Part shown: positions 34,943 to 47,744 of the stretch, one piece after another
Position numbering within the stretch: the first letter of the stretch is position 1
How the letters are laid out: each line of letters begins with the position of its first letter
NCBI GenBank assembly: GCA_040285825.1
Contig: JAUPSS010000005.1
Location: 1,240,001 to 1,304,000 of the forward strand
From: Eukaryota sp. TZLM1-RC
Lineage: Eukaryota > Protista > Metamonada: BaSk clade
Reading direction: 5' to 3'
DNA: 64,000 bases
Notes under the pieces: model-generated
What the model was told of the DNA's origin: nothing
Database searches by the model: none
The model's input: only the letters and a program-made list of their open reading frames with translations
Position numbers and translations under genes: made by a program

Positions 34943-37900
34943 GTTTTTTTTCTTCCTCTACATAAAACCGTTTAACTTAAAACCTGGCTGAACTGCGATC
35001 ATTGCTTTTATTCTTTCTTGTTGATGCTGAATCAGTTTCTGATTCCAATGGAGTCAAAAGAAAGAACGATAGACAACAAGATGCTCATAACGTCCTTTTC
35101 ACCTCTCCTCCTTAACCTCTTCTCTCTTCATTTTTGGACAAAATAATTTCTGATCAAGAATTTTTAGAAAATCATGATGAAAACAAAGTTTGTTCAAAAA
35201 CAAAGCCACGCTCCTACAGATGCTCAAAGTGTCGACAACAGGGACATAATGCTCGAACATGCCCCAATGTTGGAAAAAATGATGCGGCAAATTCTGAAAC
35301 AAAATGTAAAAGAAAATTTATTAGAAGGAAAGAGTCTAAGGTAGAACCCATAAATAATGCTCCACAAATTGTTGCAAAACCAGTTTGCTACCGATTAAAG
35401 CACAAAACTTGCAACACTTGTGGTATTTCTTTTAGAAAAAATGCAAAAGGAAAAACTTCTGATCGCTGCTTGAAATGCCGCATAGTTGATAACTACCATC
35501 CTCCTATAAGAATACCTCAAGAAATTCATCCGACCAAATGCAATGAAGTTGCTTTCGTTTTTCAAAGATTTTTGGATCAATTATGTAAAGGAAAGTATGC
35601 TATCAATATTATTTGGGAATTTTTTGGTTCTTTTTGTCCTCCTTTTGAACAAAATTTCGTTAATATTTCCGAAGATTTAACTAATATAGCACCGAGAAAT
35701 CAGTCATCCGAGAAATTAAGTAAAATTTTTGAAGACAAATGCTTTGACAACAAATGGTCCAAGGCTTTGTCAGCTTTAAGTCCCGGAGTTAAAGCACCGA
35801 ACAATGAAAATACAATAGATAAACTGAAAATACTTCATCCTTATGAAGACCCTATAATGGATCAAAATTTTTAAGGCACATACTGGGAAAATTATCCATT
35901 GATGCCATCAGAAGTTTTTTCAGTTATCAAAAAGAGACCTCGTGGTAAGTCTGCCGGACTTTCTGGTATTACTATTGATCATGTAAAAGCCGCGATTATT
36001 TCTTCAGAAGATTGCCTTGGTTTATTGACCAAATTTTTCAACCAAATATTATCTGGTCAACGCAAATACCCAGAAGAATTAAGAAGTTCTCGTTTGAGTG
36101 CACTTGTCAAAAATTCAAAAATGGATGTTCGTCCTATTGCAGTCTCTGAGAGCTTACACAATATTTTTTCTGCGTGTTGCTTAAGCAGGTTCAATGAAAA
36201 AGCTAAAAAGATTTTATTACCCTTTCAATATGGTATAAATACTACAGATGGAGTCTCTTCAGCGATTTTTGCTACTGATGTCTTATTTCGTCAAAATGAA
36301 TCCAATGTTTGCATGTCATTGGATTTTAGTAATGCTTTCAATTCACTAGGTCGTCGCAGTATCCATGGTGCTCTATTGCAATATATGCCGGAATTAATAC
36401 CATATTTTCAATCAACATATTGCACATATTCTAATTTACATTTTGGTAACAGCATTTTGAGTTCATCAAGTGGCGTAAAGCAAGGAGATCCGTTAGGACC
36501 TCTTTTGTTTTGTTTGGCCATTCATCCTATTCTACTGCAAATTCAAGAGATGTTTCCTTCACTAAAAATGATTGCATATATGGATGATGTTGTGCTTATT
36601 GGTGATTTAAATATTGTGAAACAAGCAACTGTTTGATTTAAAGAATTATTTACCAAAATTGGTCTCCGACTTAATTTACTTAAATGTGTTTTGTTATCGA
36701 ATTCTCCAGTTTCCACAATAATTGATGATATTGAAATTCAAGCCAAATTATATTCAATTGATGCTATTCGTCATTTGGGTTCATTTTTAAGAAATAATGA
36801 TGAAATTACCAAAAAATTGTTTGAAAAGTTGAACTCAATTTCTGACAAAATTGACCGAATGATGAATTTAGATATAAAAAAACACATCAAATTTACCATT
36901 ATAAGACTGTGTTTTAGTTCCAATTTTAATCATATATTTCGATCTACAAATCCTCTCATCACCAGACCTTTGGCTCAAAAGTTTAATGAGTTACGTGCAA
37001 AAGTCCTGTCTCAATTACTGGGATGTAAAATGTTTCAAATTCCAGATCATGCTTACCTTAGTCCACAATATGGTGGTTTAGGGTGGACGAAGGCTTCTAT
37101 TCTTACCTCGTGTGCTTTTGTTGGTGGATGCAGAAATGCAATCTTTGAGTTCTCCGAAAGATTTGCAGATTGGGAAGATTTATTGATGACAACGCAAAGT
37201 TCTACTGTTTTTGCATTAAATGAAGAAATTTCAAGAATTGATGTAGAAAAATGGGGTCGATGTTTTCCCCAATCATTCAATGGAAATATTCCAGAAAAAA
37301 ATGTTTTAAATTTGAAGTACACTCTTCGAACATTACAGAAAAGATTGACTGGAATGTATGAAAAAGATCTTTACAATAATATTTGCAGCTCGGCTGTTTT
37401 AAATCAAGATCTTCACTCATTGTTATTGGAAAAGGGTGTTTGTGAAAACAAGGCGTCAGATTCTTCACTTTTTGTAACCATTGTACCACGAAGATTTGGA
37501 TTGTGTGCCACTAATGAAGCATTTGTAACAAAAATGAGATTATATTTGAACATCCCCATTAACCAATTATTATCAAAAGAAAAATGTATTTGTTCGAATT
37601 CACCTCAACTCACTTTGCGCCATGCTCTAAATTGCTCTAAATTGATAACTTATCGTTCTTCATTACATGATGCTGTTAGAGACACTGTTTTCAATATGGC
37701 ACAAACTGCAAGGATATCGTGTATCAAAGAGCCTCTGCTGAAGTAAACATTTTCTCTGAATAGTTTTGGTTCTGATGATAGAGGTGATGTATACTGTGAT
37801 TGGATTGATAATTCTGAAGCTATTGTTGACTTTGTCTCATGTAATGTTGCAAACGATACTTTGGTTCACAGAAGAAAACTTAATCCTGTGGCTGCTCTGG

Positions 37901-38278
37901 ATTTTAAAGCAAAAGAAAAACATAGAAAATATGATAAAGAAATTGAAGATGCAAATGTCGATAGAAATACACAGCTGGTTTTTATTGCTTTCCCATTTTC
38001 GATAAATGAAAGATTATCAGTTGAAGCAGAAACTTTTTTGGATGACTTCCAAAAAATGGTGAAAGAAAAAACAATGAAAAGATTTGATATTTTTTTATGG
38101 CGTTCACAAATTCAATTTGCCATTATTAATAGATTACCGCGGTTTTTCAATCGAATTAGAGAAGCTTTAGCTAGACAGCAAGCAAATCAAGAATTTGTAG
38201 AGGAAATCTTGGTTTAATAATAGTCGTCCCATTAGTTATGATTTAATTTAATCAAGTGTGCAAATTCAATAAATACGT
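34943..38278 (+). mobile_element. Near full-length CRE/R2-type non-LTR retrotransposon, family B
   Basis: One reading frame from 35134 to 38217 with three internal stops and no frameshift. Contains CSKCRQQGHNARTC knuckle, RT (YMDD), CxC..HALNC..H and RGDV..D..KEKHRKY RLE. Candidate TSD TAAACAAACT at 34933-34942 and 38279-38288; the 5' boundary is less sure. Confidence 0.92.
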
Positions 38279-39361
38279 TAAACAAACTTATCTCAATTAT
38301 GTTACTGTTCATGTCTCATTTTACAGCATCAATACAATTTCAACAGCAACTGTGTAAATTTGGGCATGTGATTCCAAAGCCGTTTTGGTTGCATAAAACG
38401 CCAAAAATTGATGCTACTGAAGCACAACCATTTTTGCTTCCACCTAACAACTGCTTCATTCGTTATTGCAGAAATATGATGCTTGAATTGATCCGTCTTT
38501 CGAAATTGTGTTCAAGCTTTGATAAGATCTTTAAGCCAATCGTTAATCTCAGGATCATCAGTTACTACTGGAAGAATGCTCACCGCTTTTTAAGGGAGTT
38601 TCAGTAGCAGGTGGATATTATTTTTATAGTAATTTCTACGCATTCGTAGCAAGAACACTATCTTATAAAGTAGATTCCACAAAATTTTATTGAATCATAG
38701 AGCAAATTTAAATCGTATGTCTTATTTTGAAAAGAATCATGTGAGCAAAAACCAGAAAAAAGAGATACACTATTTTCACTTCCCAATTTCAGTTTTTCTA
38801 ACTCCCCATTTAACGTTCAACCAATGTTCTTTTTTTTCATGCAGTTATACATAGTGTTTTATGTTGCTTGAGTTTTCTTATTTATTTTACTTATTTGATT
38901 AAAACTAATGGTGATTCGTTGGTTTTTGACAAGTTTTGCTCAAATAGTTCCACAGAAGAATATGCTCCCTTCCCATGTACCTGATTTCTTGCACAAACGG
39001 CATCCTTCGACAAGTGCACTTCTTTAGAATTTATGCTGACGTGATAACGAATTTATCTAGATCGTTGTTTATTATATAGTTCATTTTCTTAACTGTTTTC
39101 ATAAACGATCTGCATTAATTGTTTACAAGGAACTGTGTACGAAACCCAATCCCTGCAATTGCCGGATTCGGAAAATCTTTATAAGCAGCTTAAACAACTA
39201 GAACAATATAGTTCGTAGAGGCAAGCTTCGAGCTACAAGCAGCCAGGGTTACAATCAATGCGCTGACAGTGATCGACCCTTTAATGAATTTGGAGGCAGG
39301 GAAACCGAGAAGTATTCAAAATGAACACACCTCTGAATTGAACTTTTGGTGCGATACCACA

Positions 39362-41029
39362 ATGCATATCACCCTCCCTTCTGACCAAGATGGGCTCTTT
39401 ACAGAACAGTCTGACTCTTCTCTATTCACAGTTCAACAAAGTACCTCCTTTTCTTACTTCTCTAATCTCAAATTCGACTCATCTACTCCTAATTTACTTT
39501 TCCTCTTCTCCGATAATGATCCTGCTAACCTCAAAACTCCCCATGTTCTTCAATCCTTTCTATCCACTCACGAGTCTTCCTTCAACATATCACTCCTCTC
39601 CGTCACTTCCTCAACCATTCATGATCCTTTCCAGCCACTGTCGTCACACACCATCACCTACGACCCACATGCTTGCTTCGATATCAACCCTAAACCCTCA
39701 AAGTTCACACATACTAGGGACTCTTGCGAAGATTTTCTTGAAGGTTTTACTGAATTACTTGAAAATACTATCAGAACTACTGTTTTTCAGTGTTTAATTT
39801 CTTTAATTACATTCAATAATTCAAAGTTGTTTATTTTTGAATTCCCAATTATTAATCTATTTTACAATTTGGATAATGAGGATGAGTTTGAATTGCTCAA
39901 GTCTTTTTTAGTTTTATTTAAAGAAATGGAATCTGCTGAACATTTGAAAAATTCTGTATCTAGTAACAACTTTTTCAAATTTTTGGTACTTGTGCTCAAG
40001 TCGAGATCACGTGCGTCTACAGTGATCCATTCTTTTCCTTCCCAAAGATTTAGCGAAATTTTGCTTTTGTTTAAGGAAATTTCTACTTTTCCTTTGGATT
40101 TTGACGAAGATTATCACCAATTAATGAGAAAAAACAATTTTTTATTTGCAATTAGTCCAGAAATCTTTCAAAATTCATATAATTCAACAGTGAAGAAATT
40201 AAATTTTGTTCTTAATTATTCTCTTTTAATTAAAGAAAACATTGATCTTAGAAAACAATTAAGAAACATGAATTCACAAGCAGATAAAATTGATTTCAGT
40301 TCAATTAATCAATCAAATTTGATTGAATCAACACGTGTACGGTCAATGTCGACGTCACTTGGAGTGCAGACCAAGCAGGAAAGTGACAAGCCGAATATTT
40401 TAAACTTGGATGAGGTTGACACCGAAGTGAGCCCTTCACCTTGTAAAGAGCATGAAATTTTAGAAAAAGAAAATTTAACTCTCAAAACATTAGTTATTAA
40501 GCAAAAGGAAGCATATCAAGAAGAATTGGAGAAAATGGAAAGAATGTTGGAAGAAACCAGAAAAGCTGCTCAAAGTAATCACGTGCGAGTTGAAAATGAT
40601 GACATCATAGGTCAAAATAATGACGTGATAGCCGACAAAGTTGATGTCGCAACTGAGCCACAAGAGCCAGTCACCATGGAAGCTCAAAAACAAATGATTC
40701 ATCAAGAAGTCTCTGTAATTCCTGCCTTGGTTTCCGTTTCAATGATTACTGATTCATTGGATTTTAAACTGAAAGGAACCAATACCATTCCTTCCTTAGC
40801 CGCAAATGCTGCCGTTCAAACGACCAAAGTCAAAGGAAATCTTCATAATAACTCAATGGTAAAGTCAACACCTTTGGAGAAGAAGTTTGTAAATAATGAT
40901 TACAGTATGTTGAGCAAAGAAGAGCTTTTGGTTAAGTTGACTATTGCTGAACAACAGTTGTTAACTTTGGAACAAGCTTTTCAGCATGAATTGGAAAGAT
41001 ATGAGATGATGTTGGCTAATGAAGATTAG
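39362..41029 (+). CDS. Hypothetical coiled-coil protein
   Basis: Long uninterrupted ORF with heptad-rich C-terminal segments; start codon uncertain. Confidence 0.75.
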   Translation: MHITLPSDQDGLFTEQSDSSLFTVQQSTSFSYFSNLKFDSSTPNLLFLFSDNDPANLKTPHVLQSFLSTHESSFNISLLSVTSSTIHDPFQPLSSHTITYDPHACFDINPKPSKFTHTRDSCEDFLEGFTELLENTIRTTVFQCLISLITFNNSKLFIFEFPIINLFYNLDNEDEFELLKSFLVLFKEMESAEHLKNSVSSNNFFKFLVLVLKSRSRASTVIHSFPSQRFSEILLLFKEISTFPLDFDEDYHQLMRKNNFLFAISPEIFQNSYNSTVKKLNFVLNYSLLIKENIDLRKQLRNMNSQADKIDFSSINQSNLIESTRVRSMSTSLGVQTKQESDKPNILNLDEVDTEVSPSPCKEHEILEKENLTLKTLVIKQKEAYQEELEKMERMLEETRKAAQSNHVRVENDDIIGQNNDVIADKVDVATEPQEPVTMEAQKQMIHQEVSVIPALVSVSMITDSLDFKLKGTNTIPSLAANAAVQTTKVKGNLHNNSMVKSTPLEKKFVNNDYSMLSKEELLVKLTIAEQQLLTLEQAFQHELERYEMMLANED

Positions 41030-41690
41030 ATACAATATTGGATCAGATATCGGCGTGGGAAATGTTTCAAATGATCTTGTTTTATTAGTTTTGTGACCAA
41101 TATTCACCTTTATTTTTGTTTTCGCTTGGTATATTTTTGTGTAGATGCTTCAAATAATTTTTTGTTTAATTGCAGCGTCATTTACTTTTATTAATTTTAA
41201 TTCTTATTAATAATTTAATATTTTTCGTTTCTTTTCATTACATTACTCATTTGGTGATTCTTAAATCCGGATTTCTTAATGTAGATGAGCATTCCTGTAT
41301 GTGTAACGAAATTCAGTCTTTTTATCTTTTTTCTTTCTTATTTGTAAATTATGTATTTTAGTTTATCTCCAATAAATAACCATCTGCTTTATTATCTTAA
41401 ACACGTAGCTTTGATTTAAATCTGTTGTTTCTGTTAGTTTTCGAGATTAAGGTCTTCTTGACTGAACTTTCACTTATTTTTTGTTTTTACATAACTCTAT
41501 GAAAATTGATTTATTTGTAAATACATTCTTTGTTGTTGATTAACCAAACACGTAAAAAATTTCAATTTTCAAAACTTTAGTGACAACGTTCTTCACTACT
41601 GTCTGTGAGAAATTATCTTTCAATGTAGAAACCAACAAGGAGTAAAAGTCTTGGTGCATTGAACTTTATGGAATTGGTCAGGTTCCATAA

Positions 41691-44600
41691 TTATTCAACA
41701 ACTAATGTAAATGACTCGTCGACAACATTATTATTGTTCCGGTTTTGTACTTCTGCATTTCCTATATTATTGACGTCGAAAACAGGTATCTTTTCCTGTG
41801 TAGCAAATCTTGAATCCAGCATTGTGACAACATTGGTCTTCCTAGAAATCAATTTTGATGGCAACGTGTGATGACTTTCAATTACAGCTAGGATGGACAA
41901 AAATTTGTCCCTATTTTCTTTGGAATAACAACATTCAAGAAGTTTCAAAATTTTAGAAAAAATTTCAACAGCATCATCAAAGGATGATCCTGTCATATAT
42001 TGTTTTTTAATCATGCCAAGACCAAAATCATTCAAAACTTGGTTGTCATTATTTAAACAATCCAATGGTGATTTGTTGTATCTGAAAGCAGTCAAGACCG
42101 TCACAACTTGGGACATATTAGGTCTATCAATGTACCTAAATTTCAAACATTGCTGCAATAAAGGTAATAAAGAGTTTGGAATTGATGGGTGGTAAGGAAC
42201 ATCAGGGATATCGCCAGATCGAAGAGACTGTATAATCAACTGATCTCTATTGGGAGATCCTTCGAAATCTTGCCAAAGGGATTCCTCAGTAAATACATAG
42301 ATAACAATAAGAGCAAATGAAAAAACATCAATGGTGTCAGTATAAACAGTTTCATCAGCTACAAGCTCTGGACTTGCCCATGTTGGGGTTAAAATCCTAT
42401 TAGAATTGAGGGAAAGTGACATGTTTGAGTTTCCAATATTTTTACCACTACCCCAATCAATAATGACAGGACATCCACCTCTAAATAGAATGTTATCAGG
42501 CTTGAGATCACGATGCAAAAATTTCGATTCGTGACAAGCAGTTAGTGCATTAGCAATACTGATCAATAAATTAAGCTTCTCTGTTTCCTTTTTAATAGTA
42601 CCAATCTTGTCTTTTAAGGTCATATTTGACAATCTTTCCATCACCAAACCAAATCTGTCCTTACCATTCTTTGTGATAGCAACAAGACCATATACCCTAG
42701 GAAGAGAAGGCACATTTGGCAATGATTTTAATATTGAATACTCCCTTGATAATTCAGGACTGATTGTACCAGAACCATAATAAAGTTTCACCACAACATC
42801 GCTCATTTCATACTCAGCAAAAACAACCTCAGATTGACCACTATATGTGCTGGTTTCCCAAAGAATTTCCAGCTCACAACTTTGAATATTTGGTTCAAGT
42901 TCTTCGGTAGCTTGACTATCTAAAATTTGCTTTTGTAAAGCTTTTCTTTCTTCAGCATGTTGCATTTGTTGTTCTTCTAATGCAACTTTGACAGAATTTT
43001 CTGTAGATGAAGCTATTTGTTTTTGTAACTCGGAAAGTTCTATTCTTAACTGTCTTAGCAGCTCCCTGTTGTGTGAAGCTAGAGCTTCTTGGAAATCTTC
43101 TTGATCATAATCAACAATGGCGTCCATTTTTTGAGAGGAGAGAGGTGGTAATTTTCCATAAGTTTTTCCGACAAAACCTTTCAATAATTCTGATGAGAAG
43201 TCTTCCAGTAGCTTGTTACACATTTCAAACTCCCTTTTGAATTTGTCCCGTACAAAGGCCTTTTTAAACCATTTGGAATCATCATGTTGTTTTAATATTG
43301 AATTAACTTTACAACAAACATCCACAAAATTATCTAAAACCTCAGTAATGACTGGTGACTCAGTCAATTCTGGATGAGCTTCAATTGGGGTAAAAGTAAG
43401 TTTGGTTACTCTTAAAACTCTACCTCCGAGTACTGCAGCTTGGGTCTTATTGATCTTTACTTTCTTTATTGTTGAAAAGAGAGCTCCCAAAGCTGAACCG
43501 GCTGGACCAAATAAACTTGATTGACTGCTGAGTAAAGTTACTGTTGAAATGACTGGAGTAGTGACTGTATCAATGAACTGTTGAGGTTGCCATTCAGCAA
43601 GGTCTTCTTTTATGTTAGAAATGGTTTTACAAAGAGAAAAAATGAGAGATCGGGAAATTGAAATTACGTTGTCACCAATTGAAAGTTCGTGAGTGCTATT
43701 ATTAAGTTCGACTGGTTGTGAAGCACAATAATTACTGGAATTGTTACCTACATCTTGGTTCGATGAATTTCCATCAGAATCAGCAAAACAAGACTTTACA
43801 GAAAGTAAAATACCAGAAAAAGAGTCAATAGTTACTTTCTTCATTTTCAACAACCACCAAACAAATACAATAACAGCAAAAACAACAAACATTATGACCA
43901 AAACTATGAAAAAAGTAACATTAACTGACTCTGGTTCAGTTGTGGGCGAACTTGAAGGTGACAAAGTGGCTGTTATAAAGAAATGTTCATTTCCAGTATA
44001 AACATTGATGACATCATAATTAGAAGCATTGGTGGTGCGAGAAGCCGTTTCATCTCCACTTTCCCAACTAAATAAAACATTATTGAAATCCAAAGCAAAA
44101 ACAGTAGACCCTCCACCAACAATACTTCTAATCCTAGTCAAGCCTTCAACTTTACCAGGGGTATGTCGGGGTACTATGTCGGTGGATCTTCCTAGAAGTC
44201 TACCACAACTATAAACATCACCTTCTTCTGTAAAGAAAATCGTGTAAGAAGAACCACAACTTGCTTGGGTGACTCTGTACAACGAGATATCAACTACTGA
44301 TTGAGGGGTATTTCTATGGTTGGTATCTCCAAGGCATAGAGATCCATACCTATTGGAACCACTGACCATTAATTCATTTTGTGCAGTAATAAATAAAGAA
44401 TGACTAGGACAACCTAACACTTTCTTCACTTGGGTAGCGGTTGAAACATCATCGGGTAAAAACTGAATATAATTGAAACCTTGGGTAGTGTCGTCCTTAC
44501 CATTACCCAGTTGACCTATATTACCTTTACCCCAAGCCTTAACACTTCCATCAGACAATACTGCAAGTGAATGGTCACCTCCAGCAGATACAACAATAGC

Positions 44601-45470
44601 CTCGGACAATGATTCGATTCTTTTGGGCAGAGGTTGGTCACTTGTATCACCATGACCTAATTGTCCACTTTCCCCTTTTCCCCAAGACCAAACAGTATCA
44701 TCATCAAGTCTCGCTAGACTATGGTAAGCACCAGTGGTAATCTGAACCACGTTGGATAATGAACTTACTTGAGTGGGGAAATGTTTGACCTTATTGTGAC
44801 CCAAACCTAATTGACCAAAAGAATTACAACCCCAAGTAAAAAGGGTACCTTCACTAGTGATACCCACAGTATGAGACTCACCTCCATCAATAGAAGCAAA
44901 AACTTCATCAGTATTAACTGTTAATAAACCATGGGTAACACCAGCATGACCTGTAGTGAGTAACTCACACCAAGCGAGTAATTGGTCGTAAGTGTCAACA
45001 AACACATCAGTACGTTCAATTAAAACGATTGAGTTTGTTAAAAACAATTCTGTTTCAAGATGGTCAAATTCTGGAATTTCCAAATTCACATTGACCAATT
45101 CAGTGTTTCCTTCAACATCAAAACCAGTAACTGCAAGATTAACTTGACCATCAGTGAGAGATTTAATAAAACAATCTTTACATGTAAGGTTTCCTGATAT
45201 CTCTACATTTTCTACGTCAACGAGTAAGGTAACATTGGATAAGTGGAGGGAGTGCAAAAGAGGTGATGTATCAAGCACGAGGATCGGACTTCTTTTGCCA
45301 CCGTCTACAATGACGATGGAATCACTGGTAGGAGGGAAGGGATCCCAAATGGAGGCATTAGACCAAAGTATCGTTTTGCCATATGTTAGGGGAGTCACAA
45401 GATAAACTTCCTGGGAAAATGAGACAGTGAGCAGTATCAACAGAAAGAACCACATCATCGGATGACCCAT
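41691..45470 (-). CDS. Single-pass receptor kinase: signal peptide, RCC1 repeats, TM, MLKL-like helical bundle, coiled coil, protein kinase
   Basis: Signal MMWFFLLILLTVSFS; repeats such as WGCNSFGQLGLG and GAYHSL; TM FFIVLVIMFVVFAVIVFVWWLL; kinase VVVK, HRDLKPDN, DWG, WASPE and DVFSF. Confidence 0.9.
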   Translation of the reverse strand: MGHPMMWFFLLILLTVSFSQEVYLVTPLTYGKTILWSNASIWDPFPPTSDSIVIVDGGKRSPILVLDTSPLLHSLHLSNVTLLVDVENVEISGNLTCKDCFIKSLTDGQVNLAVTGFDVEGNTELVNVNLEIPEFDHLETELFLTNSIVLIERTDVFVDTYDQLLAWCELLTTGHAGVTHGLLTVNTDEVFASIDGGESHTVGITSEGTLFTWGCNSFGQLGLGHNKVKHFPTQVSSLSNVVQITTGAYHSLARLDDDTVWSWGKGESGQLGHGDTSDQPLPKRIESLSEAIVVSAGGDHSLAVLSDGSVKAWGKGNIGQLGNGKDDTTQGFNYIQFLPDDVSTATQVKKVLGCPSHSLFITAQNELMVSGSNRYGSLCLGDTNHRNTPQSVVDISLYRVTQASCGSSYTIFFTEEGDVYSCGRLLGRSTDIVPRHTPGKVEGLTRIRSIVGGGSTVFALDFNNVLFSWESGDETASRTTNASNYDVINVYTGNEHFFITATLSPSSSPTTEPESVNVTFFIVLVIMFVVFAVIVFVWWLLKMKKVTIDSFSGILLSVKSCFADSDGNSSNQDVGNNSSNYCASQPVELNNSTHELSIGDNVISISRSLIFSLCKTISNIKEDLAEWQPQQFIDTVTTPVISTVTLLSSQSSLFGPAGSALGALFSTIKKVKINKTQAAVLGGRVLRVTKLTFTPIEAHPELTESPVITEVLDNFVDVCCKVNSILKQHDDSKWFKKAFVRDKFKREFEMCNKLLEDFSSELLKGFVGKTYGKLPPLSSQKMDAIVDYDQEDFQEALASHNRELLRQLRIELSELQKQIASSTENSVKVALEEQQMQHAEERKALQKQILDSQATEELEPNIQSCELEILWETSTYSGQSEVVFAEYEMSDVVVKLYYGSGTISPELSREYSILKSLPNVPSLPRVYGLVAITKNGKDRFGLVMERLSNMTLKDKIGTIKKETEKLNLLISIANALTACHESKFLHRDLKPDNILFRGGCPVIIDWGSGKNIGNSNMSLSLNSNRILTPTWASPELVADETVYTDTIDVFSFALIVIYVFTEESLWQDFEGSPNRDQLIIQSLRSGDIPDVPYHPSIPNSLLPLLQQCLKFRYIDRPNMSQVVTVLTAFRYNKSPLDCLNNDNQVLNDFGLGMIKKQYMTGSSFDDAVEIFSKILKLLECCYSKENRDKFLSILAVIESHHTLPSKLISRKTNVVTMLDSRFATQEKIPVFDVNNIGNAEVQNRNNNNVVDESFTLVVE

Positions 45471-46039
45471 ATTGGTTGGAGGTAACAGTCCAATGGGTGT
45501 GTCACTGATGTGACAATACAAAGATGATTTGGAAAATTTTTGATTTAATCTAGATGAGCAACAGTGAAGAAAAGTTGAAATCATTTTATTGAAGGTCTAG
45601 ACAAGTAATCATCAATCAAATTCTAGGTTCTCTAGTTGAGGCTGTTGTGACATTTTCTGGAAGTGTCAGCATAATTGAAGAGGAAAAGACTTAAAGAATT
45701 TTCTATTGTATAAAATTGGTAAAATTGAATTTTGTTTTCAATTAATGAGGGAAGGATGGAGTTGATTCTTGATTCACGATCTTCTTTTGGTGGATTTTAA
45801 CAAACTTTGGTTTGTATATTGGAGAGGTAGGTTTTGATAATGTGAAGTTTTGGTCGTCTATTTGACCTTTGTAGTTTGATTTTTAGTTTAACCAAATTTT
45901 TATCAGAAAACAACGAACACGATGATCTCTTTAAAGAACAATATACCTCCCACAGTCAACATTGTTGAAATAATTCTGAACAACATGCTTCCAGACAGCC
46001 AGCTCAACATTGTTTAATCGATATGACATTAAGTTAAAT

Positions 46040-47425
46040 TAATTTTATTTTTATTTATTTATTAAATAATTATATATTATAAAGAATCAAATAAAAACAA
46101 AACAAACTAAAACACATAAGAAACTAAATTCTCCACGCCAACTCTTGATGAATCCTTATAAAGTTTAGACATCATTAAACTCAAGTATTTGGGAACACTT
46201 CTGTACAAAGCAAAAATGACACGATTTTTCCATAAATTCTCTGCAAAATTCTTACCACTTGAACGACATAAATTACCAAAATCATTGATGAAATTCATGG
46301 CGGATTGTCCAATGTTGCCAAAAATCGAAAAGGCAAAAGGAACAAACGAAAACTTCGAATAAAGGTTCTTATTTAAATCATTTAATATCTCAGTATATTT
46401 ATCTCTCTTACGATCTTCAGCCTTGTTTAAATGACCATTAGTACTAAGTAAAACATCATCACGATAAACAAAAGCAAAGGGATCAACTGTAGTGAAATCA
46501 ACAACAACTTGAGACGAATCCACAAAAGGAGCAATTAAATCACCTCGACGTGAATTAAAAAGATTATTATCACTATAATGCTTCAACAAAGGTTCTACTT
46601 TGCAACTAAAATTGTAACACTTGAACATCTCATATGTCACATCACGAACGGCATTATGAAGAACTGACCTATATTGGAGAAATTTCTTGCAGCTCACAAT
46701 ATGACGAAAATTGGCAGTAGGTTTTTTGTTACAAATACAATAAGAATTGTCCAAAAGACCACTTGGATACATCCCCAATCTCAACCGCATGTTTTGTTTC
46801 GAAGCTTCATTTGTTAAGTGAAGACCAAATGGCCTTGGTTGCTGAGATATTAAATTAGTACAGTTCTGAATGTCTGATAAAAAGGCAGCAAAGACGGGAT
46901 TATTAATCTTAGTCACACTAAGTCGTTTAGAAAAATCCAGGTCTTCAAAACCAATAAAAACAGACTTCTGTAATTTCACAACAGCAAGATGAAGGTTGGT
47001 GAAAGATCTCGAAGGCACAGCAGGCAAACGTGAAGGAAAACTCCTATTCCAAATATCAACAGGTAGTTCTTGCACCATTTTTTCAAGAGAAATTAATGAA
47101 GGATGTGATTCATTTAAAGGAATATGATCAAAACGAAGTTTCCATTCAAAAAGAAAATTTTTCATACCACCAATAAAAGCACTTTTGCATAAATACTCTG
47201 CTTTTGAAAAACCAACTCCACCAAATTTAGGACTAAAATATGCATGATAAAAAATTTTAGATGGACAAACTTCTACTAAATTTCCTAAGAAATTTGTTCT
47301 TAAAGTATTGAATTGACGTGCAAAATCATGAGAAATTGTGGGAGATAAAGAACGAAGAAGATGATTAATTTTTGATCCAAAACACACATTTAGAACCGAA
47401 AACGCTAAATGTTTGTCAATTTCTT
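46040..47425 (-). mobile_element. 3' half of a further CRE-type non-LTR family
   Basis: 426-aa ORF with FGGVGF, CICNK..HIVSC..H, RRGDL..VDFT..AEDRKRDKY; AT-rich tail. Confidence 0.9.
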
Positions 47426-47744
47426 TTTAAAATTTAATTTTTTATTAATTTTGTCATAGAAGTATGGAACATTCATGAAGATAAAAGACATTTGTGCTAC
47501 TGAATTTGCTCCAATTTATAAACCAAATTATTTCATATTGATATTGAAGAAGTTTCATCCATATACTATTGTTTGTCGATCACTCAGCTGTTAGAAGCAA
47601 AACAGAAGAACACGACCTGTTCATGAAATGCTACCAACAATTACAAAAAGAAATGGAACATTGAGGGACACCAGTGATTATTAAAATTTATAAATTGAAA
47701 AATGATATGCAATCATCAATTGTATCATAACTTTTGGGCAAAAT

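Noticed and set aside
36634-36636. UGA reassigned to Trp (alternative genetic code)
   Set aside because: SF3B4 and the SET gene end in TGA, and conserved Trp residues in host genes use TGG. In-frame TGAs occur only in decayed elements.
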